Of a stretch of 64,000 bases of DNA, positions 37,130 through 48,724 are shown piece by piece. The stretch is from Raja brachyura. Lineage: Eukaryota. The stretch is from contig OY740802.1 of NCBI GenBank assembly GCA_963514005.1, positions 37,882,001-37,946,000 of the forward strand, read 5' to 3'. Made by a program: the position numbers and the translations under genes. Numbering within the stretch: the stretch's first letter is position 1; every line of letters begins with the position of its first letter. The notes below the pieces were generated by a model. It searched no databases. It worked only from the letters and a program-made list of their open reading frames with translations, and was not told the origin of the DNA.

Positions 37130-38170
37130 AACACGTCCCTCGACAGGCCCCAGGTAGTCAAGATGGGAGGGAATACATCAAAGTCCCTCGCCCTGAGCAC
37201 AGGATCCCCCCCCAGGTTTGCGTCCTCAGTCCCCTACTGTACTCCCTGTACACACATGACTGTGTGGCTAGGTTCAGCTCCAACTCTATAAATCAAGTTT
37301 GCTGATGACACTGTGGTGGTGGGCCTGCACTCTGGTGTCAGGACAACAGCCTCCTCTTGAATGTCAGAAAAACTAAGGAGCTGATCGTGCACTTTAGGAG
37401 GGCACAACATCCAAGGACGTACGCACCATTGAAGATAAATGAGGATTCCGTGGATAGGGTGAGCTGCTTTAAATACCTGGGACTCCACATCGCAGAGGAT
37501 CAGACATGGACATCATACGCTGCAGCACTGGAGAGTAAGGCAAGGCAGTGCCTTTACCACCTCAGGCAATTGAGGAAATTCAGAGTGGCTCTGAGGATCC
37601 TCCAGTGCTTCTACTCAGTGGCTGTGGAAAGCATCTTGTCCGGAAACATCACGATTTGGTTTGGGATCTGCTCTGCCCATGCCCATGCCCATGCCCAGGA
37701 CAAGAAGGCTCTGCAGAGAGTAGTGGGTTCAGCCGAACGCACTATGGGAACTACACTCACCCCCCCCCTGCAGGAACTATACATCAGAAGGTGCAACTCC
37801 AGAGCCAACAAGATCATGGGAGACCCCTTCCACCCTAGCAACGGACTGCTCCAGCTGCTACGGTCAGGCAAACGCCTCTGTTGCCATGCTGTGAAAACGG
37901 AGAGGATGAGAATGAGTTTCTGCCCAGAGGCCATTAGGACTGTAAACTCCTGTCTCACCAGGGACTAACTTTACCGTACCAATTTGCTGTTGTGTGGTGT
38001 CTTTTAAAAATTGCTGTTTTTTCTTTTTTTTCTCCCACAAATATGTAATATGTGATTCTGTTCCATTCTGTGTTGTAGTTTTTTTTTGCACAATCCGCAA
38101 GCCTTGCCACTTTTTCATTTCACTGCACATCTCGTATGTGTATGTGACGAATAAACTTGCCTTGACTTGG
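37130..38170 (+). mobile_element. Rex1/Babar-like LINE, 5'-truncated and frameshifted
   Basis: PQVCVLSPLLYSLYTHDC, KFADDT, LNVRKTKELIVHFRR, FKYLG and VESIL motifs. Tail AATAAACTTGCCTTGACTTG. Confidence 0.85.
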
Positions 38171-38329
38171 CCTTGTTTGATCTGGTACTCCAAAATCTCT
38201 GCACTCTTCCAGCTCAGGGCTTCAATTCATGTCCAATTTTAATAATTTAGATTATGGGTTGTCATGTGTACTGAGATGCTATGAAAATCTTTGCTTGCAT
38301 GCTATCAAGACGTTTTGTCCGATAGATCA

Positions 38330-38690
38330 TGTGCACAGAGTATAAGATCATGAGAGGAATGGATTGGTTCAATGTACACAGTCTCTTGCCAATAGTAGGT
38401 GAATCGAAGACTAGAGGACATAGCTTTAAAATGAAGGGGAAAAGATTTAATAGGAATCTGAGGGGTAACTTTTTCGCACAAAGGTGGTGGATGTATGGAA
38501 CAAGCGGCCAGAGGAGGTAGTTGAGGCAGGAATTAGCTCAACAGTTAGACAGGTACATGGATAGGACAGGTTTGGAGGGTTATGGACCAAATGCTGACAG
38601 GTGGGACTAGTGTACATGGGACATGTTGGCCGGTGTGGGCAAGTTGGGCCGAATGGCCTGTTTCCACACTGTGTCACTCTATGACTCTGA
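38330..38690 (+). mobile_element. CR1 3' fragment
   Basis: YKIMRGMD...TRGHSFK...RNLRGNFF and a CTCTATGACTCT tail. Confidence 0.85.
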
Positions 38691-38701
38691 GATGAATACA
38701 T

Positions 38702-40825
38702 AGAAACATAGAAATTAGGTGCAGGAATAGGCCATTTGGCCCTTCAAGCCTGCACCGCCATTCAATATGATCATGGCTGATCATCCAACTCAGTATCCCG
38801 TACCTGCCTTCTCTCCATACCCTCTGATCCCCTTAGCCACAAGGGCCACATCTAACTCCCTCCTAAATATATCCAATGAACTGGCCTCAACTACCCTCTG
38901 TGGCAGAGAGTTCCACAGACCCACCACTCTGTGTGAAAAAATTCCTTCTCATCTCGGTCCTAAAGGATTTCCCCCTTATCCTTAAGCTGTGACCCCTTGT
39001 CCTGGACCTCCCCAACATCAGGAACAATCTTCCTGCATCTAGCCTGTCCAACCCCTTAAGAATCTTGTAAGTTTCTATAAGATCCCCTCTCAATTTCCTA
39101 AATTCTAGGGAGTATAAACCGAGTCTATGCCGTCTTTGTTCATAAGACAGTCCTGACATCCCAGGAATCAGTCTGGTGAACCTTCGCTGCACTCCCTCTA
39201 TGGCAATAATGTCTTTCCTCAGATTTGGAGACCAGAACTGTACGCAATACTCCAGGTGTGGCCTCACCAAGACCCTATACAACTGAAGTAGAACCTCCCT
39301 GCTCCTATACTCAAATCCTTTTGCTATGAAAGCTAACATACCATTGGCTTTCTTCACTGCCTGCTGTACCTGCATGCCTACTTTCAATGACTGGTGTACC
39401 ATGACACCCAGTTCGCGCTGCATCTCCCCTTTTCCTAATCGGCCACCATTTAGATAGTAGTCGGTTTTCCTATTTTTGCCACCAAAGTGGATAACCTCAC
39501 ATTTATCCACATTATACTGCATCTGCCAAACATTTGCCCACTCACCCAGCCTATCCAAGTCACCTTGCATTCTCCTAGCATCCTCCTCACAGCTAACACT
39601 GCCCCCCCAGCTTAGTGTCATCCGCAAACTTGGAGATATTGCCTTCAATTCCCTCATCCAGATCATTTATGCATATTGTAAATAGCTGGGGTCCCAGCAC
39701 TGAGCCTTGCGGTACCCCACTAGTCACTGCCTGCCATTGTGAAAACGACCCGTTAACTCCTACTCTTTGCTTCCTGTTTGCCAGCCAGTTCTCTATCCAC
39801 ATCAATACTGAACCCCCAATGCCATATGCTTTAAGTTTATATACTAATCGCTTATGTGGGACCTTGTCGAAAGCCTTCTGGAAGTCCAGATACAGCACAT
39901 CCACTGGTTCTCCCCCATCCACGCTACTAGTTACATCCTCGAAAAATTCCACAAGATTCGTCAGACATGATTTACCTTTCATAAATCCATGCTGACTTTG
40001 TCCAATGATTTCACCACTTTCCAAATGTGCTGCTATCCCATCTTTAATAACTGACTCTAGCAGTTTCCCCACTACCGATGTTAGACTAACTGGTCTGTAA
40101 TTCCCCGTTTTCTCTCTCCCCCCCTTCTTAAAAAGAGGGGTTACGTTTGCTACCCGCCAATCCTCAGGAACTACTCCAGAATCTAAAGAGTTTTGAAAGA
40201 TTATCACTAATGCATCCACTATTTCCGGAGCTACTTCCTTAAGTACTCTGGGATGCAGCCTATCTGGCCCTGGGGATTTATCGGCCTTTAATCCATTCAA
40301 TTTACCCAACACCACTTCCCGACTAACCTGGATTTCACTCAAGTACTCCTTTGACCTGCGGTCCCCTGCTATTTCCGGCAGATTATTTATGTCTTCCTTA
40401 GTGAAGACGGAACCAAAGTAGTTATTCAATTGGTCCGCCATATCCTTGTTCCCCATGATCAACTCACCTGTTTCTGACTGCAAGGGACCTACATTTGTTT
40501 TAACTAATCTCTTTCTCTTCACATATCTATAAAAACCTTTGCAGTCAGTTTTTATGTTCCCTGCCAGTTTTCTTTCATAATCTATTTTTCCTTTCCTAAT
40601 CAAGCCCTTTGTTCTTCTCTGCTGGTCTCTGAATTTCTCCCAGTCCTCTGGTATGCTGCTTTTTCTGGCTACTTTGTACGCATCATCCTTTGCTTTGATA
40701 CTATCCCTGATTTCCCTTGTTATCCACGGATGCACTACCTTCCCTGATCTATTCTTTTGCCAAATTGGGATGAACAATTTTTGTAGTTCATCCATGCAGT
40801 CTTTAAATGTCTTCCATTGCGTATG
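38702..40825 (-). mobile_element. CR1/HER1 LINE, 2.1 kb, full RT domain, frameshifted near 39600
   Basis: ORFs 39593-40885 ([36 protein letters not shown]) and 38887-39666, offset at a C7 run. Possible TSD GAATACAT (38694-38701 / 40826-40833). Confidence 0.95.
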
Positions 40826-41080
40826 GAATACATGAGTACAACAGGCAGTGCAAAAAGAGGAAGGAATCCGAGTGCAGGATATCATGTTCCAGCTACTGAA
40901 AAAGTGCCAATGGTGGCTGTGACTTCGGCCTTGGGAACCCTGGCGTTGGCTTCATAAAAAAAATGCCCCTCTTCTGTTTGGAATGAGCTGCCAAAGGAGG
41001 TAATTGAGGCAGGGATTATCGCAACGTTTACGAAACAATTAAACAGCTACATGGATAGGACAGGTTTAGAGGGATATGGG

Positions 41081-41290
41081 TAGGGTTGCCAACTTTCTCA
41101 CTCCCAAATAAGGGACATTGTCAAAATAAGGGACAAATTCCCGAAAGCAATTCGTTGACCGACTCGGCCGTGGCTGGGTGAATGATGAGTTGGCCCAGGT
41201 GCTGGACTGCACACAAAGCCCAGCCGGAGGACCAGATGAGGAGCACCATTGAAGGTGCTGTATTAATTGCAATTTGTGAAACCAGTCCAG
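41081..41290. mobile_element. Truncated hAT element (left end), same family as 14453-14958
   Basis: TAGGGTTGCCAACTTTCTCACTCCCAAATAAGGGACA start; no right TIR found. Confidence 0.75.
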
Positions 41291-42571
41291 TTGCAAGAAT
41301 AAAAAATGTGCCTTCACTGCCAGGGTAGTGATCCAGCAAGGAAAGCCATCTGCACATGATAGGACCCATAAAGTGAAAGGAGGCCATGCCTCGCGTTATC
41401 TCCAGGATCACCTAACTCGGTCAAGCCAAGTCACTCATGAATTTCTAAATCTGGCCAAGGTTGAACGTCGCCAGCACCAAATGGTAGCTGAATGGTAAAC
41501 CGTAGAGTTTAGACAACACTTGGGACTAAACATGTAATAGACAGTCTTGATTTGGTCACCAGGACCAAAATAGATGCTAAAATATTGGCTACCAGTTGTA
41601 CATTCTCCCAACATTCTGTTCCAATGTAGTGGGAGGATCCAATGACCCTCATGACAATGACAATTAAAGATAATTGTTTTACTCCTAAATGCTTAAAGAA
41701 ACGAGGACAAAAACTGAAAGAAGTAATTGTTGGTTGCGTCAAAAAAATTCCATTGTTGTTTAAAACAAAATAAAAGCTCTTGTCTAAGGATTTCCATTTT
41801 GTTGCCTTTGCTATTTTGTTAATGTCTATGTTGTTTCTTCCTCTTGTTTGATTGTTAAATGTATTCGGGTTTGTCCTGTCTTTTTCCTTGCTGGCCTTTT
41901 CCTGCCTCTCTCTTTGCTGGCACCAATTCCTTTTATCTTATTCAAAAGTCCATCCCTCGATGATCGATAGCATTCCCTGGAGTGGAGTACATGGAGCCTG
42001 ACATCCGTGCGATCAGAGGTCAGATGCATGGCAATTTTGAAGGCAGTTCATGAAACGGAAATAAGAGGCAAGCAACTGAAGCCAGTCTTGTGGTAAGTGA
42101 GACTCGTGCACGATACGGGCGTTTGGATCCATAGATTGAAATTGGAAGTATTAGATATTTATCTTTAATTGCTGGCTGCTCTATAAAGAATTAATGAATT
42201 CCCCCGACTTCAATGGGAACTGAATGTTATAAAAGGTGCACCACTGATGGTCGACATGCATTTGGTCCCAGTCACCAAATTAGACTGGGAAGATGAATGA
42301 ACCACTGAGCTGGTGCTTAGTGACTCTTCAAAGTGAACAAGGCAAATAACGTTAAGGAATGTTTTAGAATGGAGGAGTTTCTTGTTGATAACATGGTGTG
42401 TATCACAAATGCAAATTTGTGGGGTTGTTGGATGCTTGGAAATACTTTCTTGGAAGTAAAACAGAATAGCGGAAGTACCCGTTCAACGGTGCGTTATTAT
42501 CAAATGTGCAAATGCACAGTGACATTCTTTTTGTACCAACCGGCCAGTAGAGTACTGTCATACCTAAGCAC

Positions 42572-43787
42572 CAAGCACGTGCCGTGAGTAATTACACAGG
42601 GTAGGCAGTCAGTCGGCTTTTAAAAATTAAATTAAAAAAATCTTAAACCGCGCATGCGCAGATTGTTCTCTCCGTTAACATAAAAAATAAAAATAAGTAA
42701 CTATTCAATTTGCCAAGGCTTCTAAATGTCCTTCATTTTTTAATTACTGAATGGATGGGGGACGGAGGATGAAGGCAGGTGGAGAGATGATGGGATGGTG
42801 GGAAATACGGGAGCACACCGGGACAGTGAATCAGTTGTCATCTTATTAAATGACAATACTAGTTCAAGGGACCAATTGGAGGGAGAGTTCCTTTCACAGC
42901 GTGTGGAGAGTCTGTGCCAGGGGTTAAAGATGCAGGGAGGGCAGGAGTGTTTAGAAGGAGGGGGTCGGAGATCATGTCAGTAACTCGCTCACCGCTGCCG
43001 CAGCGCTCTATGCACGGACAGCAGAACTGGCCGCCACTTCCGGGGAGGGAAGCTTCTCGTGTGACTGCGAGCGGCCGCCGGGACCCGACAGCAGAACTGG
43101 CTGCCACTTCAGCACTTTCTGCCGGTCCCCTTTCACCTCTGGCAGTGCTCTCCGTCTGATCATCTCTCACCTGCCGCTCGCCGGCTTCGCTCATGTCAGC
43201 CACTTCCCGCGAATCCTTAAATTCCGACAGCTGAGTAACCTCAATTGGTCCCATGATTGCGCTGTTGGAATTTAAGGATTTGCGGGAAGCGGCTGACATG
43301 AGTGAGGCCGGCGAGCGGTAGGAGAGAGGTTTTCAGATGGAGAGCACTGCCAGAGGTGAGCGGCGACCGGCAGGAGCTGAGGTGGCAGTTGCTCGCAGCC
43401 ACCCAAGCTAATTCACTCCCCAGCCACAATGACTGGAGCGTCGCAAGTGGGTTACTGGCCCCGATCCACTCCTGCTTCCCCACAGGCTGTGAAAAGTGCA
43501 GTAGGCTGCTGCGCATGCGCAGTGCTGCAAAGGCAGAATTTCAGCTGGCTTCAGCCCTTGTCATTGACGGCTTGAAGCAGTGCTGACGGCACATGGGCTG
43601 CACAGACCTTCGTGTGTTGCAAATGCTGCGGATGAAAGGCACGGAGAATTATGCCTACCTAAGAGATCAATCTCTTAGATAGGCATAATTCTCCCATGCC
43701 TTTACTATTTATATTTAAAATTACCATTTTGTAATTTTAGTCGGGGTAGGCAGTGCCTACCTTGCCTACCCTGATGGCACGTGCCTG
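42572..43787. mobile_element. Non-autonomous hAT element (1.2 kb) with internal hairpins
   Basis: TIRs CAAGCACGTGCC / GGCACGTGCCTG. Perfect 8-bp TSD CTAAGCAC (42564-42571 / 43788-43795). Confidence 0.9.
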
Positions 43788-44289
43788 CTAAGCACATCCC
43801 AATGAGCAAAATGTGCAGAAATAGCTCACTGAGCCCGCATGCAAGAGGTGCCATCTTTTGGTGTAATTTTCCAGTCCACGCTATAGTTCCTATGAGCGAC
43901 TACTGGTCCAGGCAAGCCCCAGGCTGCTGCAGGGCCTCCAGACGTCGCCTTCCATGAACGTGTGGATTGACCTGCGAACCGATGTCCCTCCCCTCGCCCA
44001 CATTTGCGCACAGGAGTACCTCCCGCCGCCGATCTAGAAGCCTGCTGGGGGCTGCCCGACACACCAAAGTTCACCTTGTTGATGTGATCAAAAATTGTAA
44101 AATGTATGTTATGGAACCTCCCATGTGGTTTGCAGAGATCCAGACAATGAATAACCTTGGAATTCATTATCTAGAACTTTTGATTTCAACCCAGGAGTTT
44201 TACAGTGCCGCAGAGAATCGTGGTGGAGCCCAGAAGATTTGGGAGCATTTCATAAATCAGGAAAGGACGACTCAAACCGAAGAGGGGGA

Positions 44290-45850
44290 AGATGGTTTAA
44301 GAGAGTAAGCTAGTCAACAATATGAGGAAAGCAGATGATGCTTGTACACATATACAATCTGGAACAGATTGGCTGAGACAAACATTGATCCATTGAAGGA
44401 TGAGACTATAATAAGGAAATGGCAGAGACTTTGAACAAATATTTTATATTTGGCTTCAATGTTGAAAACATTTTTGTTTAAAAACAGTAGAAAATCTTGG
44501 CGCTAAAAGGAAGAAAGGACATTGTTAGCCTGAGGAAGTGGCTTCAATCTCGTGGCTGGCACTCTGCACAAACAATTGCTACTCATATTATTCTGCAGGC
44601 ACATCACCAAATCATCTATCACCCAAGGTCCCAGAATATCATAGTCACAGAGTGATGATGCAGCACTTTAGCCCACCGTTCTTCAGCCCACCGACCGTTT
44701 TGCCCTTGTCTATTTAAGTGTCAGTTGAAATTCCTCGTGAATGTAATGATTGTATCCGTTTACACATCTTCTGGCAGCATGTCCCAAATATTGACTATTC
44801 TTCATGTAAAAATTCTACCCCTCGGATCCCGATTAAAACTTTTACTTCTCACCTTAAACCTATACTCTCCTGGTTTTTTTTTATCCCCTTATCATGGGGA
44901 AAGTATGGTTATGTGAAAAGAAAATTGTGTTGGTCAGATTTTCAGTACTTCTTTGAGGATGTAACCTGCAGAGTGGATTAAATGGAACCTGTAGATTTAG
45001 TTGACTTGGACTTCCAAAAGATATTTGATGACATATAAGGGTCCTACACAGGGTAAGATCTCATGGCATTAGGTGGGACATTTGACCAAAGATAGTGTGT
45101 AGGAAGGAACTGCAGATGTTTATGAAGGAACTGCAGGTTCTGCAAAATTGAAGGTAGACAAAAATGCTGGAGAAACTCAGCTGGTGCAGCAGCATCTATG
45201 GAGCGAAGGAAATAGGCAATGTTTCGGGCCGAAACCCTTCTTCAGACTGATGTGAGGGTGGGGGAGGGCGGGAAGAAGAAAGGAAGAGGAGGAGCCAGCG
45301 GGGTTGAGGGAGTGCTGAGAAGTGGAGGAGACAGTGAGGACTATCTGAAATTAGAGAAGTCAATGTTCATAGCAAACGTGGCTATGGTACTGCAGATGCT
45401 GGTTTAAACTGAAGATAGACAGAAAAAAGCTGGCGTAACTCAATGGGTCAGACAGCATCTCTGGAGAAATTGAAAAATTGCCTCGACCTGAAATGCCACC
45501 TATTCCTTTTCTGTCTGAGCAAAGATAGAGGATTGGTTAACGAACAGAAAACAAATGGGATACATGGGTCATTTTCAAGTTGACAAGCTCTAACTAGTGG
45601 ATTGTTAAAGAGATCAGTCCTGGAGTCTTAGCCATTTACAATCTACATTAATGATTTAGATGAACAAGCTAAGAGTGCTGCAGCCAAATTTGTTCACAAT
45701 ACATAGACTGGTGGGAAAGCAAGTTGTGAAGAGTCTGCAAAGGCTTATGGATAGATTAAGGAAGTGGGCAAAACCTGCAGATGTTGGATGGTGTGGGGGT
45801 CTTCACTTTGGTAGGAAGAATAGAAAAACGGAATATTGTTTAAGTGGTTA
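44290..45850 (+). mobile_element. Old CR1 ORF2 relic interrupted by Penelope terminal repeats (~45095-45515) and other fragments
   Basis: Degenerate FFEDVT, LDFQK.FD, IEDWL, IYINDLDE and HFGRKNRKTEY motifs in order. Confidence 0.7.
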
Positions 45851-47309
45851 GATAGAGAGAGAGAGAGACACAGACGATGGCTGAACACATGGATTTGGGA
45901 GTCTTCTTGCACTAACTGTTTACCGTGCAGAGAGAGCAGGTTGATAATGTTGAACTACTGTAAAGAGGCTAGAGTGTGAAAGTAGGTGTTTGAAAGCCTG
46001 ATGTAGTGCCACGTGCAAGATTGTATAAGGAGAATATTAAAATCAAGCAGCAAAGTTAGATCACACATACTGTAGCATAGTGACAATGACAGGAGAACGT
46101 TGTTGAGCCAACACTTGGAGTACTGTGGTCTCCTTATTTAAGGAGATATGTACTGTCACGGCCAAGTTGTTGGGAAGGTTCACTGGGATCATTAATGTGA
46201 TGAAGATGTTGACCTCTGAGGACAATTAAACAGGTTGCACCTGTTCCCATTGATGAGTGAGGGGCGATGGTTTTGAATGATGAAAGATACGGAGGATGAT
46301 TGTTTTCTCTGCCAGATATTTGTAATTCCCCGCTCAAAGACTTGTGGGGACAGAATCACTGAATGTATTACAGGCTGAAATATTGTTGGAGGTGAGGCTC
46401 GTGCACAAGAGTGGGGGAAAAGGAGCAGAAGCCAAGATCAGATCAGCTATACTTTTGTTGAATAGTGGAGCTGACAATGTGGCCAATGATACTCTTATGT
46501 ACAGGTCTAGCCGTCTCTCTGTCCAAACTATCCCTGCTTGTGCACTTTCCCTTTCTTGCAGTTTGACTATAAGATTAAAAATCTGCAAAGCATGCTAATC
46601 AATGTAATCAATTTTGAAATCTGCTCAAAGTCTTCACTCTATCTTTATGTTGTGGGGTTATTGCTGGCCTGTCAATCAATATTTAAGAGCATTATGTATA
46701 TTCAGCATTGATCAGCGTAAACACCTCAATGTTTAGAGCTCAAGGAGATTGGAGAAAGCAGGATCGCAGAGATTTAAAAATAAATGTGAAATCTTCATCA
46801 CTGGGCCCCCCGAAACATCATCTATCCATTTTCTCCACAGATGCTCAGTTACACCAGCATTTTGTGTCAATCTTTAACATTTTAAGGAATGGAGTCATTA
46901 ATATCAATTACTGCAAAATTATTAAACATAAACAAAACTCAGCAATAGAGCCCTCCAGTCTTCCGGCACCTCACCCATATTTAATGGCTAATAAATCCCA
47001 GCCAGGACACTTGCAATTTCTTCTCTAGCTCCCCAGTGACCCCAGATTTATCTGATCAGGCTCCAGAGATAGTCTACCTTCATACGCATCAGGACCTTCA
47101 GCCCTCAAGACATTTCTAGTGACTGTCCCAAGTTCCCTGATCCACATATCGTTCTCCACACTAAAAACAGAGGGGAAATACTAATTGAAAATCATGCCCA
47201 CCTTGCATGGTTCCACACAGAGTTGACCGCTTTGATTCCTGAGGGGCCCCATTCTCTCTGGTCATCCTGTACCCCTTGATGCCCAAGCAAAATATGAGGT
47301 GCTTTTAAC

Positions 47310-47705
47310 AATGGAGGAGGCCCAGGACAGAACGGTGTCTGGAACGATATATGAGGTGGAAGAACAGCACCTCATATTTCACTTGGGCAGCTTCCTCCCC
47401 CCACAGCAGTATGAATATTGACTTCTCAGACTTCAAGTAACCTTGCTTTCCCTCTCTCGCCATCCATTACCCTTTGCCAGTTCTCTCACCAGTCTGACTG
47501 CCCCTCTGATTATATTGTATCTCTTTGCTTTGTTGTCACCTTCCCCTGTGAACAATAATCTATACATTTTCCTTGATCTTGATCTCTTACACTTCTTTAT
47601 CTCTCTAACTCCCTATCCCCTGACGCTCAGTCTGAAGAAGGGTCTCGACCCAAAATCTACTCTTTCTATCCAGACATGCTGCCTGTACTCCAGCATTTTG
47701 TGTCC
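47310..47705 (+). mobile_element. Penelope 3' fragment with small 5' inversion
   Basis: EEQHLIFHLGS followed by CAGTCTGAAGAAGGGTCTCGACCC. Confidence 0.72.
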
Positions 47706-47872
47706 ACCCTACAAACCTGTTCATCTCTGGAATGTTGGAGGAAACTGAAGATCTCGGAGAAAACCCACGCAGGTCATGGAAGGAACACACAAGCTCCGTA
47801 CAGACAGCACCTGTAGTCGGGATCAAGCCCGGGACTCTGGCGCTGTGAGGCAGCAACTCTACCGCAGCACCA
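47706..47872 (-). mobile_element. HE1-like SINE (5' half)
   Basis: GAAACTGAAGATCTCGGAGAAAACCCACGCAGG...AACTCTACCGCAGCACCACC. Confidence 0.8.
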
Positions 47873-48724
47873 CCGGTGTCTTTTCTCCTTCCCCATCACT
47901 TGGGGATGAGAACAATTTATGTGAGGCTGAAGCTGATGGGATATATATATATACACTGCAGTTTGCTGTGATATTGTGATAAAAGATTTAACACATGTAT
48001 AGTGGAAAAATTATTTTAAATTTGCAGCATTATGTACAGAGAATAGTTAGGGACATTAACATTGATTGACTCGGTCAAGTTGTTGACATTTTTGTTCTAG
48101 TCCCAGAACTACAAGCACAGAACTTGAAAGTGAATACCATTTTCGAGCAGGTCTTCCTTTGGTCCATTAATTCCAGCGAGTCTTTCAGAGTTGTAATGAG
48201 ATGTCAGGTTAAAGTTATATCGGAAGCAAACAGAAACAGAATATGATGAAAATACTCGTCGGGTTCAGGCAGTATCTTTTAGCTTTAAAGATGCAGCATG
48301 GAGACAGGCCTTTCAGCCCACCAAGTCCACACCATTCATCGATCACCCGTTCACACAATATACACACACACTGAACTTTTCTTCTTGCTTATTAGATGGG
48401 TTATAGTGTACTATGTTTACATATTCTGTTGTGCTGCTGCAAGTAAGAATGTCATTGTTCTATCTGGGACATATGATAGGTATGTTACAAAACTTACCTT
48501 GAGCAGCGCTGCAGTTCTGCCGCTCCCCGTGTGCGTGACTTTGGCGCCTTTCAGAGGGGGGCGGGCTTAAAGTGCCGTTTTTCTGCAGACAGGGAAAATC
48601 GATCCGTCGGGCGATTTCGTTGCGGAAGAAAATTCGCTCCGACATTTCATTCATGAAGGTATTTTTTAATTACGCAAGATTATTTATTAACTAGAGTAAT
48701 TTAAAAATCACCTTCAAAAGCCAT

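Noticed and set aside
37675-37695. HAHAHA insertion in the Rex1-like ORF
   Set aside because: Simple (GCCCAT)n slippage in a dead copy.
41971-42092. Exon-like segment with WH2-like ending (ETEIRGKQLKPV)
   Set aside because: Too weak to annotate and the phase does not join the last Spire-like exon. Mentioned only as a candidate.
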